Shown: piece by piece, positions 22,836-40,553 of the stretch
Numbering within the stretch: position 1 is the stretch's first letter
Layout of the letters: each line of letters opens with the position of its first letter
DNA from: Phaeosaccion multiseriatum
Taxonomy: Eukaryota > Protista > Ochrophyta, other classes
Length of the DNA stretch: 64,000 nt
Assembly: GCA_965112735.1 (NCBI GenBank)
Contig: OZ218955.1
Span: forward strand, 3,658,001-3,722,000
Direction of reading: 5' to 3'
Made by a program: the position numbers and the translations under genes
The notes under the pieces: model-generated
What the model saw: only the letters and a program-made list of their open reading frames with translations
Databases searched by the model: none
Told to the model about the DNA's origin: nothing

Positions 22836-23793
22836 CTCCTCCTCCTCCTCCTCCTCCTCCTCCTCCTCCTCCTCCTCCTCCTCCTCCTCCTCCTCCTCCT
22901 CCTCCTCCTCCTCCTCCTCCTCCTCCTCCTCCTCCTCCTCCTCCTCCTCCTCCTCCTCCTCCTCCTCCTCCTCCTCCTCCTCCTCCTCCTCCTCCTCCTC
23001 CTCCTCCTCCTCCTCCTCCTCCTCCTCCTCCTCCCCCTCCTCCTGCACCTCCTCCTCCTCCTGCACCTCCTCCTCCTGCACCTCCTCCTCCTCCTCCCCC
23101 TCCTCCTCCTGCTCCTCCTCCTCCTCCTCCTCCTCCTCCTCCTCCTCCTCCTCCTCCTCCTCCTCCTCCTCCTCCTCCTCCTCCTCCTCCTCCTCCTCCT
23201 CCTCCTCCTCCTCCTCCTCCTCCTCCTCCTCCTCCTCCTCCTCCTCCTCCTCCTCCTCCTCCTCCTCCTCCTCCTCCTCCTCCTCCTCCTCCTCCTCCTC
23301 CTCCTCCTCCTCCTCCTCCTCCTCCTCCTCCTCCTCCTCCTCCTCCTCCTCCTCCTCCTCCTCCTCCTCCTCCTCCTCCTCCTCCTCCTCCTCCTCCTCC
23401 TCCTCCTCCTCCTCCTCCTCCTCCTCCTCCTCCTCCTCCTCCTCCTCCTCCTCCTCCTCCTCCTCCTCCTCCTCCTCCTCCTCCTCCTCCTTCTTCTTCT
23501 TCTTCTTCTTCTTCTTCTTCTTCTTCTTCTTCTTCTTCTTCTTCTTCTTCTTCTTCTTCTTCTTCTTCTCCACCTCCTTCTCCTCCTCCTCCTCCTCCTC
23601 CTCCTTCTTCTTCTTCTTCTTCTTCTTCTTCTTCTTCTTCTTCTTCTTCTTCTTCTTCTTCTTCTTCTCCTCCTCCTTCTCCTCCTCCTCCTCCTCCTTC
23701 TTCTTCTTCGTCTTCTTCTTCTTCTTCGTCTTCTTCTCCTCCTCCTCCTTCTCCTCCTCCCCCTCCCCCTCCTCCTCCTCCTCCTCCTCCTCC
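22836..23793 (+). repeat. Compound (CCT)n/(TTC)n microsatellite, about 960 bp
   Basis: Directly visible. Confidence 0.95.
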
Positions 23794-26700
23794 TTACGTA
23801 GAATGTTTTTGTTCCATCCAATCTGAAAGTCAAAGGCCCTGTCCTCGGCGGCGTGAGAGAATCGTATACGTCCCGTAGTATCGAGTAGTAGTGATTCCAA
23901 GTAAAATAGAAGCAGAGGACAAGAGCACGGGGCGAGGAGGGAGGAAAGAGCGGTCAGAAAGTTAGAGAGGGGCAACGCAGGCACAAAGGGGTGCATCACG
24001 GCGTCGAGGACAGCAAGAGCCGGAAGGTGGGAAAGAACACCCACAGCTGCTGGAGGGGCACGGCGGCAGGCAAGTGTCGCCTGTTAGAAGTCACTCTGTT
24101 GGACCAGACTAATCCCTCTCACATGTCGGTCCTGTTAGAAGTCACTCGGCTGGAGCAGACTAAGGCAAGGAAGCCCTCTCACATGTCAATCTGGTCCAAA
24201 AGAGTGACTTCGAACGTCAGCAAAGGCAACGTGCGGTTACTCACATGTTCGTAAGGGCGCCAGCAAGTTTGTATACTGCGCCCCCCCCCCCCCCGGTTCC
24301 AGGTCAGAGTAGTCCTCTTCAGTGTGCCTCGGCTCCTCCTGTGCCTCTTTAAGCTTGCTGTGAATCTGAAGTGGGAAGAACCGAGCGGTGGTCGCCAAGG
24401 ACGGGGCCCCCAAGTAGACACACAAGAGCATCAAGTGACGTCATCATCGCGTGAGAGGAGTCGAGTAGAGGAAAGTGGGAGGGGATACTCCACGCTGAGC
24501 GTCAGCCACGCACCAGCCACAGCAGACTAGCTAACACACGCAAGAATTGAATGAATGGAGGCATCGGGCTCATCGTCGTGGACCACCAGTTCAGGCCAGG
24601 CACACAGACAGGCCGGTAGCAAGGAGGAGAGATGAGGTTCGTAACCCTCTGCCCTCTGTTTGTACTTGTCCTTGTGCTTCGGCAGCAGCATCTTACCTTA
24701 GGGCCCAGGCTTTGGAGCTCCACAAAGATGCGCTGGTGGAGTAGCGTCGAAAGCTTCGAGCTCAACGCCTTGACACCGAGCTTGGCGCCCTTGCCCATCA
24801 GCTTCTTGAAGTCGTCATGTCCATTGAAAAACTTCATCTCCTTCTCCTCGCTCTTGCTGGAATACACGAATACCCACCCGTCTTGGAGCCAGTATTTGCT
24901 GCCTTTGCTGTTCGTGTGGAGAAGGAGTTCTTTGGCAGACGCCATCGACATGCACCCTTGTTTTCCCACCATGTCGGCCTTGGTCACTACGCCAATGGCA
25001 CGACTGCGCCACTTCATGTCCTTGACGAACCCGAAGGTTTCATCGTTCTTTTGCCGCCCAACCATCCAATGCAGCAGGAGAAGGAGACGACCAGCCCACA
25101 AAAAACATGGAGCGAAAAGGGCAAGAGGGGTGGGGGGGGGGGTGAGTCGAGGGCGTCACGTCACGCATAGCTCCGCGCTTCTTCTCATCGGTGACGACGC
25201 AACGCACACCATCACTCGTCTAACACCATGCCGCGGGACACAAGCGTGCACCGGTATTGTAGCTATGTCCTCATGCGAGTCCTTGGGCCCTCTTTCCGAC
25301 TCACAGCAATGTCTAAGATGCCTTCCGCGAGGACGAGAATGATGGTGTTGTGGGGTTCGGCGTACTTCTCCACGACCTTCCTGGGATCGTGCATGAGAGT
25401 TCCCTCTCCCGCTTTCGTCTCCTCCTCCCCCTCCTGGGCTGAGGCGGCCACAGCCCCAGACGAGAAGCTGCTGCTGGAGTCGCTGGTGACGATCAAGCCG
25501 GGCAAGTCGATGACCGTAAGGTTGGCTGAATCCTTGTTCTCGATCCTTATCTTCATGCCGTGTGCAGAGAAGACCTTCTCGGTGCCTGACCTCATTTCCT
25601 GCTTTCGGATTGTCGTCAGCTCTTTGATTGCCTCGGTCAACTTGAGACACAGCCAGCACACGCACACGCAGCGAAGCCAAGAAACAGAAACAAAGAGGTG
25701 AAATCAGAGCGACACTTGCCGTGAGGGAAATGGCGGGCAAGCAAGCGCGGATGATTCTGCTCTTTGTCTTGCTTTGGTGTTCTTTCGAATACAAACAGAG
25801 GCATGATGATGAAGTACAACGTCGGTTTTGCCCTTCCCTCCTGCTTGGGCTGCCTAGTCTGCAACAGCCAGCAGGGCGGGCCGCGCCACCAGGGTCCCTG
25901 CCTGCCCCCTCACCTCTTGTAGGGAAGTCAGCTCCCTTTCTTCGCGGCGTTGCTCGTCGCGGCCGTTGAGGGCGTCCAACCAAACGGAGGCTGAGAAGCC
26001 ATCCCCCTCCTTGTAACGCATCTGAACCTCCGTGGGGAAAACAGTCGTCGTGCCCTTCCCCTTCGGGAAGTGGACGCCGGAGAGTCTAGCCGTGGTTGGG
26101 GGGGGGGGGAGGAGGCATGGAGGCATGGGCATGCATTCAAAAGGGCGAAGGGAAACGAGCGCGCGAGGGGTCAGACGCAGGGTGGAGGACGAGCCAAGCA
26201 AGGGCCAAAAGCCAACAAGCAAGGTAAAGGGGAGGAGAGTGGGGAGGGAAGTTCAAACACAACGAGAAGGGCATTGAGAGTAGGGCGGGCTGATAGAGTC
26301 TCGCTGAGCCAGCTGCTTCGCACCTTTCGAGAAGAGAAGACTTGCCGGACGACTGCTCACCTGATGGAAAGGGAAGAAGAAGGGACAGAGAGCAGGCAGG
26401 TGGGTGGGGGGAGCGAGAAAAGGAGGGCGGGTGGCGCGGGGGGGGTGGGACGCCAGCGAGGAGGGGCTGTGTGTGAGTGGTTAGGACGAGCCATCTGCCT
26501 GGACTGCGGCCTGGGGCAAATAGGGAGAGCAAGACGCGGGAGGCAGAGAGGATCCAACCCCACAGTGAAGATCGAAGAGCCACAGCGAACTACGCACCGA
26601 CCACCACGATGCGGGGGAGATCCAATCCATCCTCGCCGCCACCAAGGTCATCTATGCCTTCCCGCTGGATCTGGGTCGGTAGTGCGTAGAGATGCGAGGA

Positions 26701-27093
26701 TCAGCCCCCGATGGCAGCCATGACGAGGAGTGACGAGCGAGGCCGAGTATCGGAAAAGGAGGAATGAAGAAAAAAGGGAGAGAAGGAGGGTGCCGGGCAT
26801 CGCTAAAACGCAGGTGCATAGCTAGCTGGCAGATGTACTCGCAGCTGCTGCTACCACCCGCCCGCAGGCTCGCTCGTCTCGGCGTGTGCGTCCTCGCCAA
26901 GGAAGCAAGGCAACATGACCCAAGAGCCCCAGCTACTATGTAATACGCTACGCACCTCGGCGCGCAGGTTGTCGACGTGGTTAAAGAGCTCGGCCACTTC
27001 TTTCATTGTGCGGGTGGGGGTGGGGGGAGACGAAGGCGTCGTGACACTGGCCACGGGTGCACGCATGATCGCTTGTGCTTCTTGAGTCGGCAT
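23794..27093 (-). pseudogene. Truncated paralogue of the Mx/dynamin-like GTPase
   Basis: Same exon structure as 51166-56001 (GEQSSGKSS, DLPG, TKAD). Exon 7 has a frameshifting deletion of about 270 nt, and the gene breaks off in exon 8 at the (GGA)n tract, with no GED. Confidence 0.8.
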
Positions 27094-27145
27094 GGTGCTG
27101 AAGTGAGTTGCTTTCGCAGCAGGAAGGGGGACGCTGCTGCTGTGC

Positions 27146-27185
<40 letters not shown>

Positions 27186-27904
27186 TTTTTTTCAATGCTT
27201 CTTTTCTTCTTTTCTTCTTCCCGCCCCCCCCCTTTGCCCCGCCCTGCCTTTGCTTCTTTTCTTCTTTTTCCCGCCTTTGCTTCTTTTCTTCCATCAATGA
27301 AAAAAATAAACCGCACCATTATTTATAGCCCCTTTTTTTCTCCGGTTTTTTTTTCTCTCTCTCTCTAGTTAGGCACTTTTCCATACATAAATCAATAGCA
27401 GCTAGTTAGCAACAAGACAGTCAGCGGCAGCAGCAGCTGCAGCAGGGGGCTGCACTAATGAATTTTTGGCGCGCACCCAGCCATTAACCCCCACCCCCCC
27501 TCCCTTTCTCCTTTCTCCCCCTAAAGAGCAGCTCCGCAGCGTAGACGCAGACGCCACCTCATCGTGCTTGCGGAGACGCACAGAACTTTTCGCGGTTGAG
27601 ACATGGAGGACATGGAGGAAGCAACAACCGTGGCATTGGGGGAGATGGATGATGGCATTGCAAGAATTTTTTCTTCTGCCATGGGTGGACTTCCAGACAA
27701 GTGGGTCGTTCCATTAAATGATTTCTCCCCTGCGGTGGCGCAACGGCAAAGACTATTGATGATTTGTGGTGTCTCTACCCGAGCAGGGACGAGCATGAGC
27801 GCCCAAGCAAGTGTAGGAACAATCGCAACGGGAGGACGAGGAGGAGGACATGATGGTGGAGTCGCTCCTTTTAGCACTACGGTACAAGAACCAGCAGGCC
27901 GAGG

Positions 27905-28178
27905 GAGGAGGAGGAGGAGGAGGAGGAGGAGGAGGAGGAGGAGGAGGAGGAGGAGGAGGAGGAGGAGGAGGAGGAGGAGGAGGAGGAGGAGGAGGAGGAG
28001 GAGGAGGAGGAGGAGGAGGAGGAGGAGGAGGAGGAGGAGGAGGAGGAGGAGGAGGAGGAGGAGGAGGAGGAGGAGGAGGAGGAGGAGGAGGAGGAGGAGG
28101 AGGAGGAGGAGGAGGAGGAGGAGGAGGAGGTGGAGGAGGTGGAGGAGGAGGAGGTGGAGGAGGAGGAGGAGGAGGAGG
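27905..28178 (+). repeat. (GGA)n microsatellite, about 90 units
   Basis: Directly visible; corresponds to a much shorter (CCT)n at about 50257-50310. Confidence 0.95.
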
Positions 28179-28245
28179 GAAGAACTGCTCTTCTTCAGTA
28201 GAGCCCCGAAGGCGCTCTCCTTCTTCATGTCTTGGACCAGCAGAT

Positions 28246-31200
28246 CTTTGCCTCTCAACCCCCGGCCGGGAGGCGGCCTCCAGCACTCAGTGACCACCGT
28301 GACAAGGAGCCTCTTACCCTCTCCTTGACTTGACCTTGGCTCTGGCTTTACTCGACCTGGCCTGACTTGGTTCGGACTAGACTTGACCTTTGCTCTGGGC
28401 CGCTTGCCGCTCTCCCTCCCCGCCAGCGATGACCGGTGTGTGTTCTTCGAGGACTGCTGCTCGGACTTCGACGCCCTGTGCGATGATGTCGTTCCCTCCT
28501 TGACCTCAGACGGTGAGGATCCGGCGCCCACCCCCATACCAGCCGCTTAGGCCCCTGATAGCGCCAGCGAAGCTCCGGGCTGCTCTTGGTACATGTGGTG
28601 AGAAGCAAGTCAAACGCGCTGGAGGGGCTTAGACGTAGACCTCTCATGTGCATGCCTATTTGACATCCTCCTGCGTATGTGTGTGCATGTGTGTGTATGC
28701 GTTGTATGTGTGTATGTGTGTGTGTGCATGTGTATGTGCCGCTCTCTCTCTCCGGCCTCCTAGCGCTGAGCCATGCACCGAGCTGGAAGACTGCTGCGAG
28801 GACTACGACACTCTGTGCATCTGAACGTCTTCACATTAGAGATTGACATACACTACATGATCTACGCACCCAAGTAGGGCACACGGTAGAGCGAACTTGG
28901 CAGAAGAAGTCCCTTAGCTACTTCTCTTCGCTCTAGCCGATGTATAGACTCCCACAGGCTTCAGGGCTTTCGCAAACAAGCCAGCGCCGCCACCGCCTCG
29001 TCAGTTCTCTTGCCTGAATGATTAGGCGCCGAAAGATCGACCAACAAGGGCATTCTACATGCAAAAGCCCACGTCTCTACATGTGTTGGTCGCATAATGG
29101 GAGCAGGTTTGAATGAAAGAGAAGGGACACCCCCGGGGATTCGCTGACAGGCTGAGACTACCAGCTAGTTGCGATTTCTCTCAAATGCTCCGCCCGGGGC
29201 ATTCGCCTCGTGAGAGGCTTCTTGGGTGGGGCGCATCGCTGACTGCTCTTGCATGGCTCTGTCCTATCTTTATCGGGGGTACTTTCGACACACCGGCCGG
29301 TGCCGATTGCGGCTACACGCTCGACTACAGCAAGTCCGTGATCTGGTGAGGCAGTGGGGAAAGAGCGGGAGAGCTAGAATATCAAGAAGGTAACGATTCC
29401 TGTATCTTCTTCTCGATGGCCTCGCTGCAGTGACTCAGAGGGATGCTCTGTCAGCCGGACTTTGCACGCATTGATGTGTACCTACCCCGCGTCTCCTTTG
29501 GGAGGAAACGAAGAGACCGGCACAGCCAAGTGTAAGAGATGCACTCTCGAAGACGAGGTGCGTAAACACAGTAGGCAGAGTGAACCATGCTGGCCTTGTG
29601 ATATGTTATGCCCCGAGCGGAGGGCCATGGAGGGGCTATTAATCGAGCGTTCCAAGAGCACTAAGCAGCTTAAACAAGCATGCGGTGACGAGGGCTCCTT
29701 TCTCTTCCCTTCAGCCTCCCTCGAGGTCAATACATCTATCCGCTCATGCGAAGAAGAGCGACCTCGCACCGTGCACTCCCTGACTCCCTTCCCCCTACTC
29801 CCTATCAACCGACCCAAAACGCAGACGATCATTGCCGACTTCATGGCCCAGCAGAGCCTTGACCCCGAGTGGTCAGGAGGGCCTCTCGGTGAGGATGGCG
29901 CCGGCTCTTTCCCTTGCTCAGATATGGACATGCCTTGGTCGACGCAAGCCTCGGACGACAGCGCAGCAGGCGACTCCGTTCACCTGCATCGTCGGGCTCC
30001 GCTCCAGCCGCCATCCTCCGGCTCTGATGCTGATACCGACGTGAGCGGCACAGTGGCAACTACTTGGTCGGCGGAGGGCGAAGAGGGGGGGGCTGATGAG
30101 CCAGCAGCAGCGTATGATGGGCCTTTGACGTGTCCAAACCGGCAGTAGCCATCCTGGTGATGAGGCCACTCCGACGAAAGTGCGAGGAGCAGGCGAAGAA
30201 CACCGTCTCCTTCCCTTTCTGTTTCCTCTTCTCCTTCCCCTGTTGGTACAAGGGCACGCCGGCAATAGCAGCACTGAAGGGAAGAGCCAGGCCGGTGGCA
30301 GTGGAGAGAGGAAGAATGCCAGCCGCAGCGCGATGGAGGAGCCGTACAGCAGGTTTCGCTTCGACGCGGGCAGCGAGGCGCCCCCCGACAAGACTTATCG
30401 CGACTCGAACTTCGTCCGCGAGTCCCCTCCCGTGGGCCGTGGGGGAGGGGGAAGTGGTGCTCTGGCCAAGCTCCCGTCCGCGCGACTCTCCCCACCCAAG
30501 CGTTGGTTCTTCAGCAGGCAGCAGTTTGACAACTGCGAGACACGTGGGTGGACGACCACTGTGGGCGCCAGAGGAGCTCTTCACCAACCACACTCAGCAC
30601 ACGCTGCTGTCCGCTGAGACGACTGAGACCACAGACACGGCTGAGACCACTGAGACGGCTGAGACCACTGAGACGGCTGAGACCACTGAGACGGCTGAGA
30701 CCACTGAGACGGCTGAGACCACTGAGACGGCTGAGACCACTGAGACGGCTGAGACCACTGAGACGGCTGAGACCACTGAGACGGCTGAGACCACTAAGAC
30801 GGCTGAGACCACTGAGACGGCTGAGACCACTGAGACGGCTGAGACCACTGAGACGGCTGAGACCACTGAGACGGCTGAGACCACTGAGACGGCTGAGACC
30901 ACTGAGACGGCTGAGACCACTGAGACGGCTGAGACCACTGAGACGGCTGAGACCACTGAGACGGCTGAGACCACTGAGACGGCTGAGACCACTGAGACGG
31001 CTGAGACCACTGACACGGAGGGTTCGGGGTGGAGCGGCTCGTCGCTTGGGGCCACGGACGGACAATGGGACTCTCTCCGCGTCATAGCGGCGGCGGCGGG
31101 GCTGGCAGGGGTGGTGGCGGTGTGTAGGGCGGCGGCTGGGAGGTGCGGCAGAGCCCCTGTTGACTGTTGAGTGATTCCATTTCAGTACACTGCGCGTGTG

Positions 31201-32043
31201 GAGGAACTTGGGAGGAGTGATTGATTGCTGTGCGTACGTGCTTCCGTATCTACCCTTCCTAAGGCAGCGATTCCTAAAGGGTAGTTGCGTGTTGCCTACT
31301 CGCTTTACATACGTAGTGTTGTCTACTTTGCATACATACAGTAGTGTGCTGCCGAACTACACCCCCATGCACATGCGCGAGGTGGAGCCCTTCACACGCT
31401 CCACTCCGCTCAGTGATTGCCCGGCTGGCAGACAGAGGAAATCCTTATCGGTCTCCCTCCCTACACGCCAACCCCTGCACTTAGCTGAGCTTAGCATAGG
31501 GTTAGGTAAGTAGGCAGCTTAGCTTCGCTAGAAACAGACGCGCACATGGACTCCGCTACCATGTCAAGCTGTGCGCGTCGTCACCTCCACTTCACATCTA
31601 CCCCGCTGCTTGTCGGTCTCACTTTCACGCCGCAGCACGAGGGACTCCGAGTCGACACGACGGGATTGCCGAGGGTGCTCTGCCGTTCGCTCACTCCGGC
31701 ACAGCGTTACGGAATGACTGAGACGGCCCTCCTCTGGCCCTGGCTGCTGGCCCCGCCCCCACCGCGAATAACGGATTCGAACCCTCGCCTGGGCCCACAT
31801 CCAGGTCGTCGCTCGACTCGCCCCACCTGCCGCTGCGGTGCCTTTTCATGATCACGGGACGAAGACGGTCCAAGCTCTCCTTTCCTCCGAGCCCTCCCAA
31901 CCGCACACGCGCCCACACCCGACACCTCGGGCCCGCAGACGTCAACTCTGTGGTGACTCACAGGGGCCCGCAAGTCGACGCCTTGGAGGTTGACCATGCC
32001 ACCCCATTCGCTCGTGCAGCCCTCACTCACGAGCACCACCGGC
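28246..32043 (+). repeat. Segmental duplication block X, copy 2
   Basis: Direct near-identical copy of 17290-21135. Confidence 0.95.
29185..31170 (+). pseudogene. Frameshifted copy of surface protein C
   Basis: Relative to copy 1 there is a 2-nt deletion near 30135 (ccaaacc vs ccgaaaacc) and a 1-nt insertion near 30395 (gacttatc vs gactatc). The ETTETA array is 3 units shorter. Confidence 0.7.
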
Positions 32044-34147
32044 CAGCGACGGATCTGCTGCTTGTCCTTCCGCCGCTGCACCTCAGCCCGCGAGGGCCGC
32101 CGAAGCACAACGAAAGGACGAGTATGAGCTACCGCTACTCCAATTCGTTCCATTCCTTCATCTCCATGGCGCTCCCCATGTTGCCCCCCTTGGTGCTTCT
32201 GCCCCTTGTCCGGCTTCCGTCTGGTGCCATCCTCTCTCCTGGGGCTCGCCGTGGACGGTGCCGTGAAGGGCCTGCGGGGCGTGGCCTTGCTACTCTGTGG
32301 GCCCTGTGGGGTGGGTGGGGCATATGGGATGAATGCCCCTCTCCAACCATCTTGCGTTCCGTGTCGCATCACTTGGGCGGTGGTATCCCCGACTCCATTC
32401 TTCCCCTCCTCCCTACTTGCTCCTCCCTTCTCCTCTTCCTCCTGCTCTTCCTCCTGCTCCTCCTCCTCCTCCTCCTCCTTCTCCTCCTCCTCCTCCTCCT
32501 CCTCCTTCTCCTCCTCCTCCTCCTCCTTCCCCTCCTCCTCCTCCTCCTCCTCCTGCTCCTTCTCCTCCTCCTCGGTGCCCTGGGGCTGGGTCTGCAGCTG
32601 TAGCTGCGGCTGTAGCACCGACGCGTCTGCGAAGACGGGCCCCCCGGGAGACCGAGGGGCCCAATTCCCACGTCCCAAATAGTCCCTCTCGCCGCTGTCG
32701 TAGGCTGCCGGCCCGGGGGATTCTGCGCGCTCCAAAACAAAGGCGCTCTTTGCAGTAACGCGAGCCGTGCCAGGCCGCCGGAACTGAGACAGCAGGGCGA
32801 GGGCGTCGCCTCTGTCTCTCCTATCCAGCTCCATCCGTCGTCCTCCGCCCCCCCCTTCGGCCCCTGCTGCCGTCTGAGGTCTCACTCTCAGCTGCCTCGT
32901 CCTCCTGCGGCTTGCGCCTTCCCTCGGTGGCGGTGGTCTCTTGGATCCGTCTCTATAATACTCCCTTCGATACGCCTCTGAGGCTGATAAGGGCCCCGTC
33001 TGGGTGGGTAAGGCCTCTTTTGAGCACGCTGTCGTTTCAGGGACAGAGAGCGTGCCTGCTGTTGTTCCTTTGCCGTCTACGCCCTTGGAGGGACACACAG
33101 GAAGAGGTGGAGGCACCAAGCTGTAGTGGGCAGGCCCAGGCTAAAAGGGGGGGGGGGGGGGCGAGGGAAAAGCAACCAGTGGGCCATTCGACGAGTGGGG
33201 TGCAGGCCATATGCTTGCTGTTGGGCTCTACGGAGCTGGTGCGCTGTGGGAGCACTCCTTGGCGTGTTGAATGCCTCCCTCCTCTTTGAGAAAGTGATAG
33301 GAAGAACCAAGGAGGAGGAGGAGGAGGAGGAGGAGGAGGAGGAGGAGGAGGAGGAGGAGGAGGAGGAGGAGGAGGAGGAGGAGGAGGAGGAGGAGGAGGA
33401 GGAGGAGGAGGAGGAGGAGGAGGAGGAGGAGGAGGAGGAGGAGGAGGAGGAGGAGGAGGAGGAGGAGGAGGAGGAGGAGGAGGAGGAGGAGGAGGAGGAG
33501 GAGGAGGAGGAGGAGGAGGAGGAGGAGGAGGAGGAGGAGGAGGAGGAGGAGGAGGAGGAGGAGGAGGAGGAGGAGGAGGAGGAGGAGGAGGAGGAGGAGG
33601 AGGAGGAGGAGGAGGAGGAGGAGGAGGAGGAGGAGGAGGAGGAAGAGACACCGGAGGGAAACAGAACGTCGAGTCAGACAAGCCTTTCTTACCGAGATGG
33701 CGCCTCTGCTGAGCCGCGTGTACTGGCTGTTCAGAAAGCGCTTCTTGGAGAAGCGTGTCTCTTTTGTCAGGGTCCCCCCGCAGGCTGCAGTCCGCACACC
33801 CCGGTGCCCCGAAGAGGAGGCTTGCCCCGACCCCATACATACTGTAGAGCAAGGAGGGTAGCACGCAGGACCCACGGAGTCACATTTGGCGGCCGCAAAT
33901 CGGTCGGTGGACAAGCCACATGCCCGGAGGCGGAGCCACTGCGCCCTTCCAGAGCAGAACTCTTGGTGCGCTTTCTGCTGCGGATTGGCGGCCCCGGCTG
34001 CAACAGAGGACGGCGCGGAGTGTGGCTTTGGTGGGCTGCGAGGCTGGGACAGGAAGCGATGGTGTTGAAAGCGGTGCTGCTGCTGGCGGTGGGGCTGCTG
34101 CCTCTCTCGGTAGATGGTCAGGGTGCTCTTGTCCACAGCATGGACGT
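31707..34147 (-). CDS. Hypothetical protein with a sperm-tail PG-rich (SHIPPO-like) motif; 5' end unresolved
   Basis: 470-aa ORF 33119-31707 contains SPGPAAYD and a poly-Glu tract. A probable upstream exon 34147-33692 ends at a GTAAG donor. Confidence 0.4.
33310..33643 (+). repeat. (GGA)n microsatellite, about 110 units, probably intronic
   Basis: Directly visible. Confidence 0.95.
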
Positions 34148-35256
34148 CTGACGGGAGGACGGGCAGTGGTGGGTGGGATAGAGAGGGGCAGTCCAGTCAG
34201 GAGTGTGGTGTCAGAGAACGGAGAGAGGAGGTAGGGACAAAGGACACGAAGCGAGAAAAAGAGGGGGCGGAGCAGAGGGAGAGGGGGGAAGAGAGTGTGC
34301 ACGAGAAAGGGAGAGAGAGAGCGTCCGAGAGCAGGGGGGGAAGGGCATATAAAGGCAGAGAGATAGCAGAGGGAGAGAGCTGGAGGGAGAGAGAGGCAGA
34401 GCGAGCGAAAGAAAAGGAGAGAGGCAGAGAGGGCGTATGTGTGTGTGGGAGCGTGTGTGAGAGAGATAGAGAGCACGAGAAAAAGCCAGAGAGAAGACAG
34501 AGAGGGAGAGGGAGACAAACTCCTCCACAAAATGTGACCTCCCTTTGGTTTTAAACCACACCTTTTCTCGGAGAAGGGAAGCGGTGGGCCTCTGAGGTAC
34601 ATCCAAAGACGACCATCACAGAGCTTCTACGCAGGGGAGTTTATAAGGGGATATCATAAGGGAGGAAAAAAGGAGAAAACGAGGAGGAACAAGGAATGCC
34701 ATCTGTGAGTTCGAAACAGTCCGCAGCAAATTGAAACTCCAACAGTCTGCTCCTTTTGACCCGGCTCAACCTGGGCGACCCTGTGTTGTGAGGCCAGAGC
34801 CATTCAGTCTTCTTTGGGCTGGTTCGCAATCTATCTAAGTATCCATCTGTCTACCTATCACCTGAGTCCACCCACGTACAACAAAAATGGCTGTGCTGGT
34901 GTGTGCGTCCGTCCGACCCTCGTCCCCTCGCCTCTCTGCCGGCCTCGCCTGGAGCGGTTACATAGCTACATGTTGCTCATCAGTCACACTGAGACTTCCC
35001 TCCCACCAAAGTCTCCCTCACAGTGGGCCTTCCTCGGTCCTCGCAGTCAGTCCTGCGCGTCCCTTCCATGTGCCTGCCTGTTCACCTCGCAGTAAGCTCA
35101 CTGCAGCTGAACTCCTGGCCCTTGGCCTCTGCACCCACCCTACAGCCTACAGCCTCACTAAAGCTAAGCTCTAGTCCTTAGACCTAGCGGCCGCCAAACA
35201 GCCTCTGACTGAAGCCAAGCTCTGGCCCTGAGCCCTTAGCCCTGAGCCCTGAGCCC

Positions 35257-40301
<5,045 letters not shown>

Positions 40302-40553
40302 GCCCTTTTTAGAAGACTCGCGGTAGGAGAATGTGGGAAAAAAAAAATAAGAGTTTCAACTTTCCCATTCCCCCTCTCGCGGAAAATCGGAAAATCAACT
40401 GTTAATTCTCATCGGCGGTGATGATGGCATTGTAGACACAGGAGAGCAGAGAGCACTGTGTGCTCTCGCCACGTGCAGACGAACAGAGCCCCATGGGCGT
40501 AACGGTAGGGTGGGAGGGGGGAAGAGCAATGGACAAGGGGAGTTGAACAGAGG

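Larger units (their letters stand above)
21136..28245 (-). other. Inverted, circularly permuted and partly deleted copy of 43318-54650
   Basis: 21136-21307 = rc of about 49060-48893; 21308-22116 = rc of about 44716-43795; 22743-22838 = rc of about 43416-43318; 23794-28245 = rc of about 54650-50190. Confidence 0.9.

Noticed and set aside
21136-28245. Pack-MULE or Helitron capturing gene fragments
   Set aside because: No terminal inverted repeats, short TSD or Helitron termini seen; all fragments come from one nearby region in permuted collinear order.
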